This document shows, piece after piece, positions 35,394-43,616 of a stretch of 43,616 bases of DNA (the stretch's first letter is position 1; the number at the start of each line of letters is the position of its first letter). A model generated the notes under the pieces. It worked only from the letters and a program-made list of their open reading frames with translations, was not told where the DNA came from and did not search any database. Made by a program: the position numbers and the translations under genes. The stretch is from an uncultured bacterium. GTDB taxonomy: Bacteria > Planctomycetota > J058. The DNA lies in the NCBI GenBank assembly GCA_937911525.1, contig CALDQK010000773.1, positions 1 through 43,616 on the forward strand, written 5' to 3'.

Positions 35394-37301
35394 ATGAGCC
35401 TCGTCCCCATGGGGCGTGGGTGTCCGCCACCTGCGCGCCTGGCTGCCTCGCTGGTCCTGTTGCTCGGTCTGATCGGGGTGCCCCTCTGGGCCCAGGATGC
35501 AGACCCTGAAGGTCCAGCCCCGGCCAAGGACCCCTCCGACGGCGTCCCCGGCGTCCCAGCCGCCGAGGAGCAGGCCTCGAGCGCCCAGCTCAGCGTGGCC
35601 AGTAGCCCGTCGGGCGCTGCGGTCTTCGTGCGCTACACGACCGAGGGCGCCGAGCGCGAGCGCTACCTCGGTCGGACCAAGGAGAGCGAAGGCCTCCAGG
35701 TCCAGGTCGACTCGGCCGGACCGGCCGAGCTGGTCGTGTTCAAGGACGGCTACGTGTGCCGCGTCGAGCCGGTGGACCTCCACGCCGGCGCCGCGGCGCG
35801 GCTCGAGGTTCGGCTGACGCCCGACGTCGAGGTCCCCCTCGGCCTGGTCCTCAAGGGGACCAAACCCTTCGTCCGCAGCGGGCGCGAGACCGAGGAGCTC
35901 TACGTCTCGGTCCTGGCCCAGGTCGTCCGCCTGCACGTCAAGAAGAGCGACCCCTTCGCCCTGGTCGAGGCCTCGACCAAGTCGCTGGTCGACGTTCTGA
36001 ACGCGATCCGCAGCCGCGAGCGCGTCCTGCGGCGCGAGCTCGAGCCCGGGGCGCGCAAGCGCTACTACGGCGAAGAGATCGACCTGCGCGCCTACCCCGC
36101 GCTGCGCTGGGAGCGCAAGGTCGGCCGCGACGGCAAGGGGACCTTCGAGCTGGCCGCGGGGCGGCGCGCTCTGACCGGCGAGACCGACCAGGACGAGCTC
36201 GACTCCTACCTGCACATGCTCTGGAAGGTGACCCGCTTCCTCAAGGAGGAGTGGGACCGCGAGCACATGGTCAGCCACGCGATGCTGGCCCGGATCGCGA
36301 TCGAGGGCCAGATCGAGGCCCTCGGTGATCGCCACACCAACTTCCTGACCCCCGACGACCTCGAGGAGATGGACGTCGAGGTCGGCGGCGAGTTCGGCGG
36401 GGTCGGGATCGTGGTCTCGCTGCGCGAAGGCCGCCTGACGGTCGTGTCCCCCATGGACGGCAGCCCCGGTCAGAAGGCGGGGATCCTCGCGGGCGACTGG
36501 ATCACGGCGATCGACGGCCAGTCGACGACGAGGATCTCGATGAAGCGCTGCGTGGAGCTGATGCGCGGCAAGATCGACAGCCCGGTCGAGCTCACGATCC
36601 GGCGCGGCGAGAAGGACCCCTTCACGATCACGATCCTGCGCGGGCTCGTGAAGATCCGGCACCTCAGCTCGCACATGCTCCCCGACGAGGTGGGCTACCT
36701 GCGGATCACCTCGTTCATGTCCGACACCCTGAGCGAGGACGTCAAGAAGGCGATCGGCGAGCTGCGCGGCAAGGGCGCGACCTCGCTCGTGATCGACCTG
36801 CGCAACAACCCAGGCGGCTTGCTCCCCCAGGCGCACCAGATCAGCGACCTCTTCGTGCCGGCGGGCAAGATCGTCTACACCAAGACCCGCGTCGGCGAGG
36901 GCCAGGTGCTCTCAGCCAACCCCAAGAACCCCAAGTTCCGCCTGCCCCTCGCGGTCCTGATCAACGGGGGCAGCGCGAGCGCGTCCGAGATCCTGGCCGG
37001 CGTGCTGCAGGAGTACAAGCTCGCGACCGTGGTCGGCTCCAAGAGCTTCGGCAAGGGCTCGGTCCAGCGCGTCCTCGAGCTCGACCCCTTCCGCTGCGGG
37101 CTGGCGCTCACGATCGCGACCTACCACCTCCCCTCGGGCGAGACGCCCCACGAGAAGGGGATCACCCCCGACGTGGTCGTCGAGCTGACCGAGGAGCAGC
37201 GACTGAAGCTGATGTCGCGGACCAACTACTCCTGGGACGCCGAGGCGGTCGCCGCCGACCCTCAGCTCCAGGCCGCCGTCAAGCTGCTGCGCAAGAAGTA
37301 G
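35394..37301 (+). CDS. S41-family C-terminal processing peptidase with N-terminal PEGA-like domain and PDZ domain
   Basis: The PDZ domain reads VVSPMDGSPGQKAGILAGDWITAIDG. S41 blocks are present: LVIDLRNNPGG, VLINGGSASASEI and GSKSFGKGSVQ. The N-terminal segment SSPSGAAVFV...VVFKDGYV is PEGA-like. Confidence 0.9.
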   Translation: MSLVPMGRGCPPPARLAASLVLLLGLIGVPLWAQDADPEGPAPAKDPSDGVPGVPAAEEQASSAQLSVASSPSGAAVFVRYTTEGAERERYLGRTKESEGLQVQVDSAGPAELVVFKDGYVCRVEPVDLHAGAAARLEVRLTPDVEVPLGLVLKGTKPFVRSGRETEELYVSVLAQVVRLHVKKSDPFALVEASTKSLVDVLNAIRSRERVLRRELEPGARKRYYGEEIDLRAYPALRWERKVGRDGKGTFELAAGRRALTGETDQDELDSYLHMLWKVTRFLKEEWDREHMVSHAMLARIAIEGQIEALGDRHTNFLTPDDLEEMDVEVGGEFGGVGIVVSLREGRLTVVSPMDGSPGQKAGILAGDWITAIDGQSTTRISMKRCVELMRGKIDSPVELTIRRGEKDPFTITILRGLVKIRHLSSHMLPDEVGYLRITSFMSDTLSEDVKKAIGELRGKGATSLVIDLRNNPGGLLPQAHQISDLFVPAGKIVYTKTRVGEGQVLSANPKNPKFRLPLAVLINGGSASASEILAGVLQEYKLATVVGSKSFGKGSVQRVLELDPFRCGLALTIATYHLPSGETPHEKGITPDVVVELTEEQRLKLMSRTNYSWDAEAVAADPQLQAAVKLLRKK

Positions 37302-37412
37302 CCGTCCGCGCGACTCCCTGCTCCGGGTGCACTCCCTGTTGCCATCGCACCTGTTCGGCACCTTGTCGGTGGCGATGGATAGGCTCGTCCCCGGTTCGAG
37401 AGGGAGCCTCCC

Positions 37413-38171
37413 ATGCACCAGCCCCTGCGCATTTACGTCTGCGGCGCTCACAGCACCGGCAAGACCACCCTGGCCCGCCACCTCGCCGAGGAGCTCGGCC
37501 TCCCGCTGATCAACGAGGTCGCTCGCCAGGTGATGGCCGAGATGGAGCTGACCTTCGAGTCCCTGCGGGTCGACCTCCATCGCGTGGCGGCCTACCAGCG
37601 CGAGGTCTTCCGCCGTCAGATCCAGGTCGAGGAGCGCTACCCCGAGGGCTTCGTCTCGGACCGCGCCTTCTGCAACCTGGCCTACGCCGCGCGCCACAGC
37701 AACATCCTGGGCGACCTCCTGGCCGAGGAGCACAGCCAGCGCTACTTCGAGCACCTGCGCCGCCACGGCCTGGTGTTCTTCGTCCGCCCGCACCGCGAGT
37801 GCATGCAGGACGACGGCATGCGCGAGCGCGTGGCCTGGGACGAGATCAACCGGATCGACGGCATGCTCGACTTCATCTTCGGCTGGCAGCGGATCCCCTG
37901 CGTGGGGATCAGCGAGCTGAACATGAAGGACCGGGTCCGCACGGCCATGACCGCGGTGCGCCTCTACCAGCGCAGCCTCAACCCCCTGGCCCTGCCGGCG
38001 AGCTTCGGCGCGCCCGAGGCCCGCGGCCGCTCGATGCCGGTCCACGCCCCGAGCAAGTCGAACGGCAACGGCAACGGCAACGGGAACGGGAACGGCAAGC
38101 ACCACCACCACGAGGAGGAGGAGCGGGTTCCCCTGAACGCGCTCTGGTCCGACCTCAACGCCAACGCCTAG
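37413..38171 (+). CDS. AAA_28 / NadR-type P-loop kinase-like protein with low-complexity tail
   Basis: Walker A at the extreme N-terminus (IYVCGAHSTGKTTLARHLA). The overall pattern resembles the NadR ribosylnicotinamide-kinase domain family. The tail reads (NG)6-K-H4-E4. Confidence 0.7.
   Translation: MHQPLRIYVCGAHSTGKTTLARHLAEELGLPLINEVARQVMAEMELTFESLRVDLHRVAAYQREVFRRQIQVEERYPEGFVSDRAFCNLAYAARHSNILGDLLAEEHSQRYFEHLRRHGLVFFVRPHRECMQDDGMRERVAWDEINRIDGMLDFIFGWQRIPCVGISELNMKDRVRTAMTAVRLYQRSLNPLALPASFGAPEARGRSMPVHAPSKSNGNGNGNGNGNGKHHHHEEEERVPLNALWSDLNANA
38061..38123. repeat. in-frame microsatellites: (AACGGN)6, AAG, (CAC)4, (GAG)4
   Basis: Read directly from the sequence. In frame with the 37413 CDS. 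Confidence 0.9.
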
Positions 38172-38180
38172 GTCGCCTCG

Positions 38181-39119
38181 GTGAGCCTGCTCGTCCTCTC
38201 GGTCCCGAGCTACGCCGCGCTGGCGGAGGGGATCGCCGTCGCCCTCAACGAGCAGTCCGAGTCGCCGGAGCCCGCCGCCGAGATGGGCTCCGTCGAGCGG
38301 CGGGTGTTCACCGACGGCGAGGTCTACCAGCGGATCACACGCGAAGTGCGCGGGCGCGACGTGGTCCTCGTGGCGGGCACGCCGACCGAGAGCGACACCC
38401 TGCAGGCCTTCGACCTGGCGTGCGCGGTGGCTCGCTACGGCGCGGCCAGCCTGACCTGGGTCTTGCCCTACTTCGGCTGCCAGACGATGGAGCGCGCCGT
38501 TCGTCCCGGCGAGGTCGTGACGGCCAAGACCCGGGCGCGCCTGATCTCGGCCGTGCCCTCGCCGCCGGGCGGAATGCGGGTGCTGCTGCTCGACTTGCAC
38601 ACGGCTGGACTCCCGCACTACTTCGGCGACTCGCTCAACGCCTTTCACCTCTACGCCAAGCCCCTGGTGCTCGAGGCTGCCCTCGAGTTCGGCGGCGACG
38701 ACTTCGTGCTCGCCTCTCCGGACGCGGGGCGCGCCAAGTGGGTCCAGTCCTTGGCCAACGACCTGCGCGTCCCGGCCGCCTTCATCTACAAGCGCCGCCA
38801 CGGCAGCGGCATGGTCGAGGTGACCGGCGTCAACGCGGCGGTGAAGGGCAAGCGGGTCGTGATCTACGACGACATGATCCGGACCGGCGGCACGCTCCTC
38901 CAGGCGGCCCGCGCCTACCTCGAGGCCGGCGCCGAGCGCTGCTACGCGGTCACGACCCACCTCGTGGTCCCAGGCGACGCGGCGGCCACGCTGATGGCTT
39001 CCGACGAGCTCTCCGGGATCGCCGGCACCGACAGCCACCCCCGCTCTCGGGTCGCCGCCGCCGCCGGCTGCGATGTCCGCTCGGTCGCGCCCGTCTTCGC
39101 CGAGTGGCTGAAGGCCTGA
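38181..39119 (+). CDS. ribose-phosphate pyrophosphokinase (Prs) family protein, divergent
   Basis: Collinear with remembered E. coli Prs blocks: PYFG, LLLDLH, ASPDAG, YKRR and the PRPP loop VVIYDDMIRTGGTL. The PYFGYARQDRR block reads PYFGCQTMERA here. GTG start. Confidence 0.75.
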   Translation: MSLLVLSVPSYAALAEGIAVALNEQSESPEPAAEMGSVERRVFTDGEVYQRITREVRGRDVVLVAGTPTESDTLQAFDLACAVARYGAASLTWVLPYFGCQTMERAVRPGEVVTAKTRARLISAVPSPPGGMRVLLLDLHTAGLPHYFGDSLNAFHLYAKPLVLEAALEFGGDDFVLASPDAGRAKWVQSLANDLRVPAAFIYKRRHGSGMVEVTGVNAAVKGKRVVIYDDMIRTGGTLLQAARAYLEAGAERCYAVTTHLVVPGDAAATLMASDELSGIAGTDSHPRSRVAAAAGCDVRSVAPVFAEWLKA

Positions 39120-39372
39120 TCCGTCACGCGCTCGACTTCAGCCAGGACCCCGCGGCGCCGCAGGCCCGACTCCGCCTGGTCAGCCCCCACCGAGCTGGTC
39201 GAGCTGCGGGCCGAGCTGGCGCAGGGCGAGGAGCGCTGGCGGATCGCGCGCCTGAAGGAGCTGCGCGGCTGGCGGGCGCTCTCGCTAGAGGGGGAGTCGC
39301 GTCGCCACGCCCCGCGCGTATCTAGGGCATAATCCCGCCTCGCCGGACACCCGGGGTCTGGCAGGAGGACGA

Positions 39373-40452
<1,080 letters not shown>

Positions 40453-40455
40453 CTC

Positions 40456-41358
40456 ATGGCGAGCGACCTCCTCAGCGCTGAGGTCCGCGAGCGGATCGCG
40501 CGGCTCGACCTGGCCGCTCAGACCCTGGTCGAGGGACCGATCTCAGGCCTGCACAAGAGCCCCTTCCAGGGCTTCTCGGTCGAGTTCGCCCAGCACCGCG
40601 AGTACGCCTTCGGCGACGAGCTGAAGCACATCGACTGGAAGGTCTTCGCCCGCTCGGACCGCTACTACGTCAAGCAGTACGAGGAGGAGACCAACCTCGG
40701 CGCGACCTTCGTGGTCGACGCGAGCGAGTCCATGGCCTACCAGGGCGAGCGCGCGCTGCTGAGCAAGTACGAGTGCGCCGCCAGCCTCGCGGTCGGGCTC
40801 GGCTTCCTGCTCCAGCGCCAGCAGGACGCCGCGGGGCTGATGCTCTTCGACGACCAGGTCCGCGAGCGGATCCCGCCCAGCGCGCACCCCGCCACCCTGC
40901 GCCAGATCGCGCGCACCCTGGGCGAGGCCCAGCTGCGGGGCGAGCACGGCACGCCCGACGTGCTCCAGCGCCTGGCCGAGGAGCGCAAGCGGCGCGGGTT
41001 CATCGCCGTGATCAGCGACCTGCTCTTCCCGGTCGAGTCCTTCCTCGAGGGCCTGGGCTACCTGCGCCACCGCGGCCACGAGGTGGTCGTGTTCCACGTG
41101 CTCGACCCCGACGAGCTCGACTTCCCCTTCGACGAGACGACTCGCTTCGAGGGCCTGGAGGGGCTGCCGGACCTGCTCACCGAGCCCCGCTCGCTCCGCC
41201 GCGGCTACATGGAGCAGCTGGCCGGCTTCCTCGAGCAGGTCGAGAGCGGGGTCACCCGGACCCGCGCCGACTACGTGCGCGTCGAGACCTCGGTCCACCC
41301 GGGCCAGACCCTGGCCCGCTACCTCAACCAGCGCCGCGTGCGCAGGCACCGCAAGTAA
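40456..41358 (+). CDS. DUF58 domain protein (MoxR-associated, vWA-like)
   Basis: HKSPFQGFSVEFAQHREYAFGDELKHIDWKVFARSDRYYVKQYEEE is the hallmark DUF58 block. Confidence 0.85.
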   Translation: MASDLLSAEVRERIARLDLAAQTLVEGPISGLHKSPFQGFSVEFAQHREYAFGDELKHIDWKVFARSDRYYVKQYEEETNLGATFVVDASESMAYQGERALLSKYECAASLAVGLGFLLQRQQDAAGLMLFDDQVRERIPPSAHPATLRQIARTLGEAQLRGEHGTPDVLQRLAEERKRRGFIAVISDLLFPVESFLEGLGYLRHRGHEVVVFHVLDPDELDFPFDETTRFEGLEGLPDLLTEPRSLRRGYMEQLAGFLEQVESGVTRTRADYVRVETSVHPGQTLARYLNQRRVRRHRK

Positions 41359-43616
41359 TGGGCTTCCTCAACGCACCCTTGCTGTGGGGCCTGGCCGCGA
41401 TCTCGCTGCCGATCCTGATCCACCTGCTCAACCGGCGCCGCTTCAACGTCGTCCGCTGGGCGGCGATGGACTTCCTGCTCGAGGCCCAGCGCGAGAACCG
41501 CCGCCGCGTGAGGCTCGAGCACCTGCTGGTGCTCTTCCTCCGCTGCCTGGCCCTGGCCCTGCTGGCGCTGCTGCTCGCGCGCCCGGCCGTGAGCGAGCGC
41601 GGGCTGGGCTTCCTGCCGGGCGTCAGCGAGCCCATCGAGCGGATCGTGATCCTGGACGACTCGGGCTCCATGGCCTATCGCAGCGGACGCGGCACGAGCT
41701 TCGACCGCGCGCGCCGCCTGACCGAGCGCCTGGTCAACGACCTGACCAGCCAGCGCCCGCGCGACTACCTGACGGTGCTCCGCGCCAGCAAGCCCGAGGC
41801 GGCCGAGCTGCGCCTCGCGACCCCGACCGGCGACGACGCCGAGCGCTTCCTCAGTCGGCTGAAGGAGGCCGAGCCCGGCTCTGGGACCCTCGACCTGCCC
41901 CGCGTGCTCGAGAGCGCGCTCGGGACCGAGCCGAGCAAGGCGCCGGGCAAGGCCGTGCTCTACGTGATCACCGACCTCCGCCATCGCGACTGGATCGGCG
42001 AGACCGGCGAGCTGCCCAAGCGGATCGCGGCCGCGATCCGCGAGTCGGGGCGCGCGGGCGAGGGCGCCTTGCGCGTGCTGGTCGTCGACGTCGGCGGCCA
42101 GGGCACGCGCAACCTGGGCGTAGTCGGCCTGGAGCCGGTCGAGAAGCTCGCCATGGCGGGCCTGCCCTTCGAGGTCGCGGTCACGGTCAAGAACTACGGC
42201 AGCGAGCCCGTCTACGAGGTCCCCGTGACGCTCGAGACCCGCGACGGGCGGATCCCCCTCGCGCCCCTGGCCTCGATCGAGCCGGGCGGCGTCGCCAGCG
42301 TCCGCCACCGCACGACCTTCCTCGAGCCCGGGGCCCAGGCCCTGAGCGTCTCGGTCGGCGAGGACGCGCTCCCCCTCGACGACTCGCGCCACCTCGCGCT
42401 GGAGGTCACCGAGCAGCTGCGCGCGCTCCTGATCGACGGCGAGCGCGAGGAGGGCCCGCTGGGGAGCGAGGCCGCGCTCCTGCGCCTGGCCCTGGCGCCG
42501 CCCGGTGACCTGCTCTCGGGCGTCGAGCCCAGCGTGGTCCTGGCCGAAGACGCGGCCGCCGAGGAGCTCGCCGGCTACGACCTGGTGATCCTCTGCAACG
42601 TCGCCCGCTGGCCGGTCGAGCGCCAAGAAGAGCTCGAGCGCTTCGTGCGCCGCGGCGGCGGCCTGGCGATCTTCCTGGGCGACAAGGTCGAGCGCGAGGC
42701 CTACGAGCGGGTGCTCTGGCGCGAGGGTCAAGGGCTGCTCCCGGTCCAGCTGGGCGACCCGCTCGAGGCCCAGCAAGAGGACCAGCGCCCGAGCTTGGCG
42801 CCGCCCGCCGACGACCACCCCCTGGTCAAGGTGTTCCGCGGCGAGCGCAACCCCTTCCTGACGCGGGTCCGCGCCAGCCGCTGGCTCTCGATCTCGAGCG
42901 AGGGCGAGCCGATCCTGCGCCTGACCGACCCAGCCCGGACACCCTATCTGGTCGAGAAGACCTTCGGCAAGGGCCGGGTCGTGCTCTTCAACACCACCGC
43001 CGACAACGCCTGGTCGAACCTGCCCAAGAACGTCGGCTGGCCGGTGGTCGTCCAGGAGCTGGCCCGCCTCCTCGCGCCCTCTGCCACCCGCGGCCGCCAG
43101 CTGCGCTGCGGCGAGCCCCTGGTGCGCCCCTTCGACCAGGCCCGCGACCGGCGCCGCGCCCAGGTCCGCGTCCCGGGCGAGGAGCGCCTGCGCGACCTCT
43201 ACGCCAGCCAGCCGCCCTCCGCTGACGAGCCCGGCGGCGACGAGCGGGGAGCCGCAGCCCCGGAGGAGGCGGACGAGGGACGGCTCGAGCTGCGCCTGCG
43301 CGACACCTCGCAGGCCGGCGTCTACGAGCTGCGCATGACCTCGCTCCGCGGGGACCCGCGCAGCGAGCTCTTCGCGGTCAACGTCGACCCCAGCGAGGGT
43401 GACCTGACCCGAGCGCTCCCCAAGCAGGTCCAGAGCGGCCTGGAGGGGATCGTGATCCAATTCACCAGCGCCGGCGAGGAGATCTCGCTCCTGAGCGTGA
43501 CCGACGGGACACGCACCGAGTTGTGGCGGACCCTGCTCTACGCGCTGGTGGCGGTGCTGCTGCTCGAGCAGGTCGCCGCCTGGTGGGCGGCGCACCACCG
43601 GCCGCCGCTGGCGCGG
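41358..43616 (+). CDS. BatA-type N-terminal double-TM domain / vWA-like protein (3' partial, runs off window)
   Basis: This ORF is absent from the ORF track because no stop occurs before the window end. Its ATG overlaps the DUF58 stop (TAATG). My translation is MGFLNAPLLWGLAAISLPILIHLLNRRRF...VILDDSGSM, giving the Bat N-terminal signature plus a DxSxS MIDAS motif. The frame stays open for 753 codons. Confidence 0.8.
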   Translation, partial: MGFLNAPLLWGLAAISLPILIHLLNRRRFNVVRWAAMDFLLEAQRENRRRVRLEHLLVLFLRCLALALLALLLARPAVSERGLGFLPGVSEPIERIVILDDSGSMAYRSGRGTSFDRARRLTERLVNDLTSQRPRDYLTVLRASKPEAAELRLATPTGDDAERFLSRLKEAEPGSGTLDLPRVLESALGTEPSKAPGKAVLYVITDLRHRDWIGETGELPKRIAAAIRESGRAGEGALRVLVVDVGGQGTRNLGVVGLEPVEKLAMAGLPFEVAVTVKNYGSEPVYEVPVTLETRDGRIPLAPLASIEPGGVASVRHRTTFLEPGAQALSVSVGEDALPLDDSRHLALEVTEQLRALLIDGEREEGPLGSEAALLRLALAPPGDLLSGVEPSVVLAEDAAAEELAGYDLVILCNVARWPVERQEELERFVRRGGGLAIFLGDKVEREAYERVLWREGQGLLPVQLGDPLEAQQEDQRPSLAPPADDHPLVKVFRGERNPFLTRVRASRWLSISSEGEPILRLTDPARTPYLVEKTFGKGRVVLFNTTADNAWSNLPKNVGWPVVVQELARLLAPSATRGRQLRCGEPLVRPFDQARDRRRAQVRVPGEERLRDLYASQPPSADEPGGDERGAAAPEEADEGRLELRLRDTSQAGVYELRMTSLRGDPRSELFAVNVDPSEGDLTRALPKQVQSGLEGIVIQFTSAGEEISLLSVTDGTRTELWRTLLYALVAVLLLEQVAAWWAAHHRPPLAR

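Noticed and set aside
36912-39038. 708-aa minus-strand ORF opposite the peptidase, AAA_28 and Prs genes
   Set aside because: It is antisense to three genes with strong family signatures and has a low-complexity composition.
39120-39332. 70 sense codons continue in frame after the TGA stop of the Prs-like gene and include a helical-looking stretch (TELVELRAELAQGEERWRIARLKELRGW), which could indicate readthrough or selenocysteine
   Set aside because: Stop-free frames of this length arise by chance at this GC content. I see no start codon, no SECIS-like element that I can recognise and no family match. Comparative data would be needed to revive the idea.
41319-43598. 759-aa minus-strand ORF opposite the BatA-like gene
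   Set aside because: The plus-strand frame starting at 41358 carries the Bat N-terminal and MIDAS signatures, whereas the antisense product has none.

Overview
This is a 43.6 kb, very GC-rich chromosomal segment. Hand counts of 60-nt lines give about 70-78% GC, with a few pockets at 53-58%. The gene content suggests a Myxococcota-like deltaproteobacterium: tandem Hanks-type Ser/Thr kinases with beta-propeller tails, FHA domains, a sigma-54 enhancer-binding response regulator, PilZ, HD-GYP, a PEGA domain and a MoxR-DUF58-BatA operon. That lineage call is an inference. I support about 40 protein-coding genes, many joined by 4-8 nt start/stop overlaps. I found no rRNA, tRNA, CRISPR array, transposase, integrase or reverse transcriptase. 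All family calls come from motifs read in the translated ORFs; no database search was possible. Most long ORFs in the six-frame track are off-frame or antisense shadows typical of high-GC DNA, and I rejected them. I found no clear novel system, only candidates worth follow-up: (1) a tightly coupled two-gene cassette of unrecognisable proteins (15554-16713), preceded by a 459-nt spacer carrying a perfect 13-bp tandem repeat; (2) a NadR-type P-loop kinase paired with a ribose-phosphate pyrophosphokinase homologue whose RQDR loop is replaced; (3) a GC-poor islet encoding two lipoproteins with Glu/Arg-rich helical tails; (4) a five-TM membrane protein with a polyproline plus WH2-like N-terminus, coupled to a coiled-coil partner; (5) an orphan antitoxin followed by a 13-codon toxin relic; (6) a histidine kinase/NtrC pair followed by dyad repeats and a candidate -24/-12 promoter in front of an outer-membrane barrel gene; (7) a possibly leaderless TetR / fatty-acid hydroxylase / Asp-box propeller operon with an AT-rich operator-like inverted repeat.
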